Positions 35,734-43,541 of a DNA stretch of 49,299 nt are shown piece after piece. Under the pieces are notes generated by a model. That model did not search any database and was not told the origin of the DNA. It was given only the letters and a program-made list of their open reading frames with translations. The stretch spans positions 1 through 49,299 of the forward strand of contig CAZOXS010000022.1 in the NCBI GenBank assembly GCA_964583785.1, read 5' to 3'. Positions within the stretch are counted from its first letter, which is position 1. Each line of letters begins with the position of its first letter. Origin of the DNA: an uncultured Victivallales bacterium (GTDB lineage Bacteria > Verrucomicrobiota > Kiritimatiellia > UBA8416). The position numbers were made by a program, and so were the translations under genes.

Positions 35734-36282
35734 ATGGATAACCAACACGAAACAGCGGCCAACACCTACCCGCAGCCTTTGCGATTCTATCACCCGAGCC
35801 CATCGGGACACGGCGCGGCCATGCAACTTGAACCCCGTTTCAGTCATGACCCGGATGCGCGCTACAATTGCTTCTTCCTGGAGCTGGCGGAGCAACTGAC
35901 GCCGCCGCGTCAAGCCGACGGGCAGCGGGTAAACGCGACCTTCAACTGGCAGGAGAAGCTGGCGGTGAAGCTCGACTTCATGGACATTTGCGAGCTGCTC
36001 ACCGTGCTGGAGGGCCGCGCTGAACAGGTCGGCGGATCGCGGGGTGGTCTTTTTCACCAAAGCAGCACGGCCAACACGATCATCAAGTTCCAGCGCGCCG
36101 ACCAAGGCGGGTACATGCTGGGGCTTTCGCGCAAGGAGGGCACCTCGGGGCAAGCCACACGGGTGAGTATCGTGCTCAGCGAGGCCGAAGCACTCGGGCT
36201 GCGGCACATCCTGCAAAGCAGCTTGTTCTTCCTGGCCTTCCACCAGCATCTGTTCCGCTGCTGGCAGGAGCAAACCCGGTAG
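35734..36282 (+). CDS. Whirly-like (PUR/Whirly-fold) putative ssDNA-binding protein
   Basis: By eye, segment order matches plant Whirly: GAAMQLEPRF ~ KAALTVEPRAPEF; FNWQEKLAVKLDFMDICELL ~ YDWSRKQVFSLSVTEIGSII; GLFHQSS ~ EFFHDPN; IIKFQRADQGGYMLGLS ~ VLKVEPLPDGSGHFFNLS; VSIVLSEAEALGL ~ IYIPVTKAEFAVL. Not verified by an HMM. Confidence 0.5.
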   Translation: MDNQHETAANTYPQPLRFYHPSPSGHGAAMQLEPRFSHDPDARYNCFFLELAEQLTPPRQADGQRVNATFNWQEKLAVKLDFMDICELLTVLEGRAEQVGGSRGGLFHQSSTANTIIKFQRADQGGYMLGLSRKEGTSGQATRVSIVLSEAEALGLRHILQSSLFFLAFHQHLFRCWQEQTR

Positions 36283-36314
36283 GCATCTGACGGCAAGCCC
36301 GGCCCCTGGTCCTG

Positions 36315-36489
36315 CCCACAGCAATTCTCATTATGGGCACCAACCCGCTGAGATTCCGGCTTCCGCCTTCGCGCTGCGCGCTACGGCGGACCGTGGGAAA
36401 GCCGGTACTACAAACACGTTTTTGCCTGGTTTTGCGGTGTTTGTAGTTCCGCCTTCAGGCGGCAGCACCCATAATGAGGATTGCTGGGG
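36315..36489. repeat. ~175-bp nested palindromic element (MITE-like or structured RNA)
   Basis: Terminal inverted repeats: CCCACAGCAATTCTCATTATGGGCAC (36315-36340) versus the reverse complement of 36465-36489, CCCCAGCAATCCTCATTATGGGTGC. Inner hairpin ACTACAAACAC (36407-36417) / GTGTTTGTAGT (36437-36447), plus further GC hairpins (CCGGCTTCC...GGAAAGCCGG, CCGCCTTCAGGCGG). Confidence 0.8.
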
Positions 36490-36530
36490 CGGGCTTGCAC
36501 TGCTCGCCGGTTTGGTATTATGATGCCTGA

Positions 36531-37937
36531 ATGAAAAACCGCCCCAACATTCTGATTCTTGAATGCGACCAGATGCAAGCCAAACGCATGGGCTTTGTCG
36601 ATGGCATCGCCCACACCCCGAACCTTGACGCCCTCGCGGCCGAAGGCATCTATTTTCCGAATGCGATCACGGTGCAGGGACAATGCGTACCCTCGCGCTG
36701 CGCGTTCATGACCGGGATGTCCCCGCACGAGTGCAACGTAATGGTCAACTACCCCTTCCACGACCATTGCGGGCACCTGACCACCCGCAACCGGACCTTT
36801 ATCCAGAAATTCCAGTCAAACGGCTATACCTCCGCACACTTTGGCAAAAGCCACCTCGGGTTTCCCCTGCGGCTGCTGGGGTTCGACGTCGGCGAGTGCA
36901 TTGACGGTCGCTTCCCCGAAGGCAAGGAGCCCATCGAGCGCATCCGCGCCCGCGAGGAGGGGCTGAAGAATGGTGGTGATGGTCACGCGGACAGCAGCGG
37001 CAACAGATCGATTCACTACAAGGCGTTGGATGAGGGCATCCCCTGGCTGGAAAACCATGATCCCGACGATGGACCGCTGCTATACATGTTCGACACCAAC
37101 CTGCCGCATCCCCCGTTCTATTACGAGAAGGCATGGGAGGACATGTTCCGGCCCGAGGACATGATATTGCCGACAAGCTATTACGAGGAAACCTGGGAAG
37201 GCAAGCCGCCGTTTCTAAAGGCACATTGCGCCTCCGGCCCGCACGCCCTGGCGAACGAGCAGCAGTTGCGCGAGGAGATGGCCCAGTACTACACCATGAT
37301 CGCCGAGACCGACCGGGCGTGTGGCCAGATCATCGATATCTTCAAGAAGAAAGGGATGTGGGACAACACCATTGTCCTCTTCTTTACCGATCATGGCGAC
37401 ATGATGGGCGGGCACCGTCTGCGCCGCAAAGGCACCCTGCCCTACGAGGAGCTTTACAACATTCCCTGCATCATGAAACTGCCGAAGGGCATGGACGCAA
37501 AGCGCCAAATCGTGGACGATCTGATTATCTCGACCGACCTGGGCGGTGCACTGCTGGAGCTGGCCGGTCTTGAAGCACCCGGCGCCTTTGCCGGTAACGA
37601 CGTGGTCCGGGCCTTGCAGCGCGAGTCGGCCCCCGAAGATGAACACGTCTTCTTTGAGCATTACGCAGCCTGGTACGGCATTCACCCCTTTTACGGGGTT
37701 CGAACCAAAACCATGAAGTACGTCCGCTGGTACGGCAAGGAACAATTCGAGGAACTGTATGATCTGGCAACCGATCCGCACGAACTCCACAACGTGGTGA
37801 AGGCCCCGGCCTACCGCGACGCCTACATAAAACTCTCCGGCATGGCGGATACCTGGTGGCAGGAGACCGGCGGGCGCGATTTGAACTACTACGAATCGGA
37901 AACCTTCAAGAACAACTTGAATGCATTGCAAGGCTAA
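36531..37937 (+). CDS. sulfatase (formylglycine-dependent), no obvious signal peptide
   Basis: NILILECDQMQ, signature CVPSRCAFMTGM (C-x-P-x-R), FGKSHLG, VLFFTDHGDMMGGH. Confidence 0.9.
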   Translation: MKNRPNILILECDQMQAKRMGFVDGIAHTPNLDALAAEGIYFPNAITVQGQCVPSRCAFMTGMSPHECNVMVNYPFHDHCGHLTTRNRTFIQKFQSNGYTSAHFGKSHLGFPLRLLGFDVGECIDGRFPEGKEPIERIRAREEGLKNGGDGHADSSGNRSIHYKALDEGIPWLENHDPDDGPLLYMFDTNLPHPPFYYEKAWEDMFRPEDMILPTSYYEETWEGKPPFLKAHCASGPHALANEQQLREEMAQYYTMIAETDRACGQIIDIFKKKGMWDNTIVLFFTDHGDMMGGHRLRRKGTLPYEELYNIPCIMKLPKGMDAKRQIVDDLIISTDLGGALLELAGLEAPGAFAGNDVVRALQRESAPEDEHVFFEHYAAWYGIHPFYGVRTKTMKYVRWYGKEQFEELYDLATDPHELHNVVKAPAYRDAYIKLSGMADTWWQETGGRDLNYYESETFKNNLNALQG

Positions 37938-37998
37938 AGCCGACGCAGGGCCTGCATGAGGAAGGCAAAGCGGGATGGTTCAGTCGCAACAGACCCAG

Positions 37999-38026
37999 CT
38001 TGTTGTCAATAAATCATCTTGGTCAT
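37999..38026. repeat. partial copy (R1) of the 9-nt-unit TTGAC/GTCA repeat
   Basis: CTTGTTGTCAATAAATCATCTTGGTCAT matches 39296-39323 (CTTGTTGTCAATAAGGTCATCTTGGTCAA) at all but 3 positions. It overlaps the methyltransferase stop codon. Confidence 0.8.
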
Positions 38027-39186
38027 TTCGACGGTTTCACAAATCGGATCACGCTGTAGCCGCGCCGGGGAATAATCATGGTTTCAGAAAACCGGGTCTG
38101 GATACAGCGCTCAAGGCCGGGCGCGGACTTGGCCACGAGCATGCCGGCCCCGCCCGGCTTTAAGACATGAAACGCGGTCAACACAAACAGCTCGGCGATC
38201 CGGAAATCGGAATAGTAGGGCGGATTGCCCACCACCAGATCAAAAGCACCTTTGTCCAACCCCGAATCGGACAACACCAGTGGATGCGGCTTCATTCCCA
38301 GCGCATCCAGATTCTGCCGGGTGGCTTCGATCGCCCGGCTGTGGGAGTCCACGAACGTCACCGTGGCATCCGGGTTCGCCCTCGCCAACAGGATACCGAC
38401 CAGTCCGCATCCACAGCCCATATCGAGCATCTGCAACGTCGGATTTGACCAGGTTGAGAGTTCCTTGACGGCCACCTCTGCCAGCGCCAGCCCGCCGGCG
38501 TCGGGACGCCGATGACTGAAGACGCCGGGCAACGACATCAGCGGGATGGCGTCCAGGCCGGGAACGGAAGCCGTGAACGCCGCGCGAAACACGCGCCGCT
38601 TTTCCAGCGGACGTGTCTTCTTCGCCATGACACAGAAAAATCCACGCTGGTCAGTCACTATCGTGATGTTACCGAAAAGCTGGCGGATCTGCCTGAGCCA
38701 GGTCCCGGTGTTGCCTTCATAAGCCAGCCAGCAAACGCCGCCGGGAGCGAGCTGCTCGTGCAAATCCTCCAACTGATCGAGCATTAATTCGGCCGTCGTT
38801 GTTGTCTCCGTCCCGGAAAAGAAGGCCAGATCATGGGGGCCCTGCGGAATAAAGGGCGTGCAGTCAACCGCCACGCCTCGAACCTGATTACCGGCGAGAT
38901 TCCGCTCCATCGCCTTGGCATGATGAATATCGAGCGCATGGCCGCGCACGCGTGCCTCCGGCCACTGCCTCGCCAGAACCATGGCGAGCACGCCGGTCCG
39001 GCTTCCTGTCACCAGCACATGCGCGGGGGACGTCGCCACCGTGACGGCCCGCTCGATCAGCGATGCCTCCGTCCGGTGCAACCCGGAGCGCGACACGACC
39101 CGTAGGCGCTTGTCCAGGAAAAACTGGCACGTCGCTTCCGCAAGCGGCAGATCTGTAATTTTGAATGTGACCATCCGATTGCTCAT
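38023..39186 (-). CDS. two-domain class I SAM-dependent methyltransferase (RsmC/RlmG-like, MTS domain)
   Basis: Trimmed to MSNRMVTFKITDL (ATG 39186); the longer track ORF to 39333 reads through the 9-nt repeats. C-domain LDMGCGCGLVGILLA (motif I) and DLVVGNPPYY (motif IV). The N-domain is also MT-like (VLVTGSRTGVLAMVLA). Confidence 0.8.
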   Translation of the reverse strand: MSNRMVTFKITDLPLAEATCQFFLDKRLRVVSRSGLHRTEASLIERAVTVATSPAHVLVTGSRTGVLAMVLARQWPEARVRGHALDIHHAKAMERNLAGNQVRGVAVDCTPFIPQGPHDLAFFSGTETTTTAELMLDQLEDLHEQLAPGGVCWLAYEGNTGTWLRQIRQLFGNITIVTDQRGFFCVMAKKTRPLEKRRVFRAAFTASVPGLDAIPLMSLPGVFSHRRPDAGGLALAEVAVKELSTWSNPTLQMLDMGCGCGLVGILLARANPDATVTFVDSHSRAIEATRQNLDALGMKPHPLVLSDSGLDKGAFDLVVGNPPYYSDFRIAELFVLTAFHVLKPGGAGMLVAKSAPGLERCIQTRFSETMIIPRRGYSVIRFVKPSK

Positions 39187-39260
39187 TCCATTCTCGATTC
39201 TGGAGTCCTTCGCACCAGCAACGGCGGCGCGCACGTCAGCCGCCAGAGACGCGGGGAAGG

Positions 39261-39337
39261 TTGTTGACAAGGTTGACCTTATTGACCCTGTTGACCTTGT
39301 TGTCAATAAGGTCATCTTGGTCAACCCGGTCAAAAAA
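39261..39337. repeat. 9-nt tandem-unit palindrome R2 (5 x TTGAC-type units then 3 x GTCA-type units)
   Basis: TTGAC/TTGTC at 39264, 39273, 39282, 39291 and 39300. GTCA at 39311, 39320 and 39329. Exact 9-nt phase, ending GGTCAAAAAAA. Confidence 0.9.
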
Positions 39338-39351
39338 ATTGCAGTCTGCCC

Positions 39352-40101
39352 TCATGCCGGTCTCGTCCCCTTGCAATCCGGGTAGGCGGTGCATCCCCAG
39401 AAATCGCCCTTGGCCGACCGGCGCCCGCGCATGGGCTTGCCGCATTGGGGGCATTCCGGTGTGTCAGCCGCTTGCTGCTGGTCGCGCACTTCGACCCGCC
39501 GGGCGGTCAGGCGCTCGCGGAATCCGCCGCCCTCCTCGAAGGCCTTGCCTTGCGACTCCTTCAGGCGCTTGAGCATCTTCAGGACGCGGCCGAGCAGGAT
39601 GAGCATGACGTTGGCGACCACTACACCATCGTCGGAATCGAGCCAGCGGGCGTATTTCCGGCGCTGCGCCAGCGCGTGGCGGGCCGACTCATGCACCATG
39701 TCGTCAGTAAAAGGTGCATCATCGAGCGCGATGGCATTGACGGCCTTGACTTCGGGATCATGTACCGACCACGGCAGTTCGCCGCGGTCGAGGATGAAGA
39801 TCTCGTAATCGCCGCGCAGCTCGCTCAAACTCGCGCGGGCGACATCGGTCAGGCGCATCTCGGTGTCCTTCGAGGTCGAGGCGCGCTCCGAACCCTCGAT
39901 AATGTTCTGGCGTCCGCTGCGGGCGGCCTGGGTCATCTGGTCGTACTGCCGCCCCTTGGGGTCGTAGAATTTGTCGGTCTCGCGATGGTCGAAGGTCAGG
40001 AACTGGCGGCAGAACCGCAAGGTATCGAGCTGCACGATCGTGGCAAGCGTAAAGGCGTGCAGCCGACGAAAACCGCCGTGCTTGTCAAAAAGCTCAGGCA
40101 T
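39352..40101 (-). CDS. four-helix-bundle protein (23S rRNA IVS-protein family, with suffix domain) fused to a topoisomerase-type C4 zinc finger
   Basis: Trimmed to MPELFDKHGGFRRLHAF (ATG 40101, AAGGAG RBS); the track ORF to 40428 runs through the repeats and into the tmRNA gene. QAARSGRQNIIEGSERASTSKDTEMRLTDVARASLSELRGDYE matches the family pattern. C-terminal CPQCGKPMRGRRSAKGDFWGCTAYPDCKGT. Confidence 0.75.
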   Translation of the reverse strand: MPELFDKHGGFRRLHAFTLATIVQLDTLRFCRQFLTFDHRETDKFYDPKGRQYDQMTQAARSGRQNIIEGSERASTSKDTEMRLTDVARASLSELRGDYEIFILDRGELPWSVHDPEVKAVNAIALDDAPFTDDMVHESARHALAQRRKYARWLDSDDGVVVANVMLILLGRVLKMLKRLKESQGKAFEEGGGFRERLTARRVEVRDQQQAADTPECPQCGKPMRGRRSAKGDFWGCTAYPDCKGTRPA

Positions 40102-40123
40102 GGGGTGCTCCTTGCGGGGTGGG

Positions 40124-40277
40124 GTGACCTGGTTGACCTTATTGACCTTGTTGCCAATCGGGCCAATAAGGCCAACAGGTTTAACACCGGCATCATACAA
40201 ACCACTATCACCCGCGTCAACAAGGTCATTTGACAAAAACCCGTCAGCAAGCTCAATCCGGTCAATAGGGTCATCAG
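40124..40277. repeat. 9-nt tandem-unit palindrome R3 (about 17 phased units), same orientation as R2
   Basis: GGTTGACCTTATTGACC (40131-40147) is identical to 39272-39288. TGACC at 40125, 40134 and 40143, then TGCCA/GGCCA units. Inverted GTCAAC/GGTCAT/GTCAAT units from 40216 to 40275. Confidence 0.9.
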
Positions 40278-40309
40278 CATGGTGTTGGCCATTGCCGGAA
40301 TGGCGGACA

Positions 40310-40355
40310 GCCTTCGCCAAGGCCCCGGCTTGCCTACCGAAGCCTTGGCGAAGGC
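40310..40355 (-). terminator. 13-bp perfect hairpin abutting the tmRNA 3' CCA
   Basis: GCCTTCGCCAAGG (40310-40322) and CCTTGGCGAAGGC (40343-40355) with a 20-nt loop. No U-tract follows on the minus strand, so the terminator function is uncertain. Confidence 0.45.
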
Positions 40356-40712
40356 TGGTGGAGGCGGCGGGAGTCGAACCCGCGTCCGCAGTGGAGTCAC
40401 TCAAGTATCTACGTGTGTATTCTGCCATTAGGTCTCGCCACGGTAACTACGGACAGACACGCTGTCACCGCCGCCAGTCTCAGCATTGTTTCGCAGGTCG
40501 CGCCTGAGACGCACACGCCCGACTATCCTGCTGTCGTCGCCCCGGTCCGTTTAGCAGGTGTCAACGGCGGAACGCGTGGCCCGTTATTTAGGCCGCGAGA
40601 GCTAATTCAGTATCAGCACTTAATGTTTTGCCCGGATTTTTTACGAGGCCAACCAGACATCCTCGACACGCAACCTCAGCTTCAACCATCACGTCGAAAC
40701 CAAATCGCCCCC
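40356..40712 (-). ncRNA. ssrA: tmRNA (transfer-messenger RNA)
   Basis: Minus-strand 5' GGGGGCGATTTGGTTTCGACG... and 3' ...GGACGCGGGTTCGACTCCCGCCGCCTCCACCA (T-arm plus acceptor with a G3:U pair). Tag frame GGC AAA ACA TTA AGT GCT GAT ACT GAA TTA GCT CTC GCG GCC TAA gives (A)GKTLSADTELALAA, with the stop at 40588-40590. Confidence 0.92.
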
Positions 40713-40741
40713 TTTGATCCAATCGATCTGAAGGTGGAGCC

Positions 40742-40770
40742 ATTATGACAGTGGCTGGCGGGGAATGCAA
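40742..40770 (-). promoter_or_regulatory. sigma-70-like promoter candidate for ssrA
   Basis: On the minus strand: TTGCAT (40770-40765), 17-nt spacer, CATAAT (40747-40742), about 30 nt upstream of the mature 5' end. Confidence 0.4.
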
Positions 40771-40787
40771 ATGAAATCGGAAATCAA

Positions 40788-43541
40788 CTACTCGCATGCG
40801 GCGGCGCGAATCCGATGCAGTTTCCTGACGGATGCTATCATTTGATGCAGTTGTTCCAAAACCCCGAATTGCTCAAGAACCGCGCCTTCAAACGCAAGCC
40901 TGTCCGCCCGTTCAATCTCTGCATCAAACGCCTGGATATCACGTCTCCTTATACGCGCAAATGCAGCCAAGATGCGTTTTCGGCCATCTGGCGAGATTCG
41001 GGCGGGATCAAGCATTCGCATTTGCCGGGCAAGCTTGGTGGCATTCAAATCCAAGGCTCCAAGCCCCCGACCGAACCCCAGTGCTTCCAGATAAAAAGCC
41101 CCTGTCAACGAGCACAGAAGGGCATGGCACAGGAGTACATCGGCAGACGGTTTTGCTGTGAACCGAATCAGGCGTTGATTGACAAATGAACGCGGCTGAA
41201 GGCGTGCAAAGAAGAGTCGATTTCCCGGATTCATGGATACAGCCAGATCAGCCGTTGTATCCGGCCGCATTTCGTACCAATGGTATCCTCTTTTTGCCAG
41301 AACCTCGGGGAGCGGTTTTCCTTTTTCGTTTTTCGCGTGCTCAAACCGGCGAATCCAGGCCAGCGCACCGGCATGCCCCAGCCGTTCAAGCTCTTCAATC
41401 GAGCGTGAACAGCAAAAGGCGATTCCATCGGCTTTTGCATCAAGCTGCCGGATATCGGCGGCGCTTTTAACAACGGGAAGCAGGTACTCATCCTCAATTC
41501 CGGACTGCGCCTCAGGGAAAAAGAGCTTATCCCAGCCCCGCCGCTCACCGCGATGGATGTCGAACAAGTCAGCCACCGGTATCAGCAAGGAACGGATCTC
41601 ATCCAGCCACTGGCAATTCGAGAAACACGCCGTCCAGCAAAGGCCATCGCGCTCAAATTGATCAAGAGAATGCTCACTCACCTGGTTCAGCCATACAGCG
41701 GATTCTTCGCCGGGGCGTCCTTGGCCAATCGAATCCGCCATGATGGTGACATGATCCTCGCTCCAGGACGAAAGGGGGTGTTGCGTGACAGCAAAGATGA
41801 CACGGTGGTCAAGTGGCTGTGCGCTAGGTTGTGGTTGCTTCTTCAGTACCAGAATATTAGTCACGACATCCGCATCACGAAACCACCTTCCCGCTCCAGA
41901 CGTCACCACGCATTCGATGGTGTAGAACTGGCGCAGTTGCCGCCGGAATGCCAGCCCCCATTCTGCGCCCATCCATGAGTTCGGGACAATTACCCCTATG
42001 CGCCCGTTATCGCCAAGCAATCGCCATAGATGGAGCAATATCGACACAAAATAATCCGAGCGGCCATCAATTTCCTCCCCCGTGTGCCCCGTCACAAAAC
42101 GGCGGATATCAGCAATCGCCGAGTCCTCGCACATCCAGTCTTCAAACCGGATAAAAGGCGGATTCAGGATGATGCAAGGAAAGGCGGGGAGCGCTTCAGA
42201 AAAAACGGCTCCAGTGCCCGCATCGACAAACGAGACACGAAGGCCCGTGTGCAGGGTCATCACGTCCTGTTGAAAAACACGCAGCGTTTCGAAAGGTGCA
42301 TCACCTTGGGTTAGCGATAAGGTCGCAAACTGCAAGGGCATCGCGTAACGGTCCGATGCCCATGTTGTCTTCACCGCTTCAGAAGTCGTGAGCCCATGAT
42401 GTACCTTTTGCGCGAGAACTTCACGGGCTATCGTTCCCGTCCCGCAGCAGGGATCAAGGATCGGGGCATTCAAATCATCTGCCGCAAGCCTGACCAGCAG
42501 CGCGGCCAGAAGCACCGGTGTGCAATATTGCCCGGCAATTTTGCGCTGGCTTTCGCGGCGGACCGCATGAAGCGTCTCCTGGAGTAGCCGCTGCTCAATA
42601 TCGGGAAGGTTTATGTCCTGCAGGTACCGGTTGAACGCCAGCACCGCCTGCCAGTTCTCGTGCAACAGCCAATCCGACCCCAGCCGGGATCTGAAAATCT
42701 GCGCAAAGTCATGTTTTCCGGACAGTTGACGAAAACCGGACTCCGCTTCGGTAATGGAGCCTGATGGCGTGAGCTCCGTTACCAAGCGCGCCTCCGCCAC
42801 GAATCGCTGAAGATAGTGCGCGAAAAGAAAACGCTGTATCCAGTGCAGCAGGATTTCCGTGGCCAGAATCGTGTACTTTGTATTTTCGGGCGGATTGCCA
42901 TGCTCGGATTTAACCCCTCGCCACCACTGTGATATTTCCGTGCGATGAATACGCGACCCGCGCTCGGCCGTCCTTGCCGCCACCGCAAGCGAACCAGCCT
43001 GATCCTGAAGGATGGCTTCGATCACGGTATTCAAGTGTGCGGGCAACGGCTTTGAGCAGGACAGAATACCCTGTTCAAATAAATCGTTGAGATCGTCAAT
43101 GACCGTGCTCAGCGTTTCCACCCATGCGGATTTGTTCGCGATCACATCTGCCCGCGTCCGCACCCTTGCACAATGCCAGGTTCGTACCACTTCCCGACGG
43201 GCATTCTCGACGCGATAAAGCACGGCGTCACGAGCATTCCAAACGAGAAACGAGGAAAGCCCCAATCGCCTGCATTTTTCCTGTGCATTATCAAGCAAGT
43301 CCGAGTTGGTAACCGGCGTGTCCGGCATTTTCAGTTCCCAGCCTTGCAGTACGGCGCTACGGGAAGGGTCGCCAAACAAGAGCACATCGGGGAAAAGCAT
43401 GTTCCCGCTACCTGTTGCGGAAACACCCCATTCCCCGCCTGCGCTTTGAATGCGTCGGCAACGCTGGCCTGCCAGTCGATTGATCTCGCTGATCAGATCA
43501 ACAGACCAGGCCCGTTCGTTGATGGTCGGTACCGTGCTCAT
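40788..43541 (-). CDS. Type IIG-like restriction-modification fusion (N-terminal PD-ExK nuclease + gamma-class N6-adenine methyltransferase + C-terminal specificity region)
   Basis: 917 aa. FPDVLLFGD...LQGWELKMP (PD..ExK). QYCTPVLLAALLV...ILDPCCGTGTIA (motifs X/I). CIILNPPFIRF (motif IV NPPF). Long C-terminal region. Confidence 0.75.
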   Translation of the reverse strand: MSTVPTINERAWSVDLISEINRLAGQRCRRIQSAGGEWGVSATGSGNMLFPDVLLFGDPSRSAVLQGWELKMPDTPVTNSDLLDNAQEKCRRLGLSSFLVWNARDAVLYRVENARREVVRTWHCARVRTRADVIANKSAWVETLSTVIDDLNDLFEQGILSCSKPLPAHLNTVIEAILQDQAGSLAVAARTAERGSRIHRTEISQWWRGVKSEHGNPPENTKYTILATEILLHWIQRFLFAHYLQRFVAEARLVTELTPSGSITEAESGFRQLSGKHDFAQIFRSRLGSDWLLHENWQAVLAFNRYLQDINLPDIEQRLLQETLHAVRRESQRKIAGQYCTPVLLAALLVRLAADDLNAPILDPCCGTGTIAREVLAQKVHHGLTTSEAVKTTWASDRYAMPLQFATLSLTQGDAPFETLRVFQQDVMTLHTGLRVSFVDAGTGAVFSEALPAFPCIILNPPFIRFEDWMCEDSAIADIRRFVTGHTGEEIDGRSDYFVSILLHLWRLLGDNGRIGVIVPNSWMGAEWGLAFRRQLRQFYTIECVVTSGAGRWFRDADVVTNILVLKKQPQPSAQPLDHRVIFAVTQHPLSSWSEDHVTIMADSIGQGRPGEESAVWLNQVSEHSLDQFERDGLCWTACFSNCQWLDEIRSLLIPVADLFDIHRGERRGWDKLFFPEAQSGIEDEYLLPVVKSAADIRQLDAKADGIAFCCSRSIEELERLGHAGALAWIRRFEHAKNEKGKPLPEVLAKRGYHWYEMRPDTTADLAVSMNPGNRLFFARLQPRSFVNQRLIRFTAKPSADVLLCHALLCSLTGAFYLEALGFGRGLGALDLNATKLARQMRMLDPARISPDGRKRILAAFARIRRRDIQAFDAEIERADRLAFEGAVLEQFGVLEQLHQMIASVRKLHRIRAAACE

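Noticed and set aside
39187-39333. N-terminal 49 codons of track ORF 38023..39333 (MTGLTKMTLLTTRSTGSIRSTLS...)
   Set aside because: This segment is the translation of the 9-nt repeat array. The methyltransferase fold starts after the internal Met at 39186.
37999-40277. The hairpin arrays as integron attC sites (cassette array)
   Set aside because: No IntI-type integrase or attI is present in the window. The ends do not fit the RYYYAAC/GTTRRRY cores (GGTCAAC/GTTGACC are near-misses only). The internal tandem periodicity is not an attC property. The structural analogy is kept as a hypothesis only.
33500-40355. A classical ssrA-targeted genomic island with an att duplication
   Set aside because: I could not find a second copy of the tmRNA 3' end (GAGTCGAACCCGC...) on the 3' side within the window, and no integrase gene is present.
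40102-40428. N-terminal 109 codons of track ORF 39352..40428
   Set aside because: The extension reads through the R3 repeat array, the hairpin and the 3' end of the tmRNA gene. An internal ATG at 40101 with an AAGGAG RBS fits the four-helix-bundle family N-terminus.
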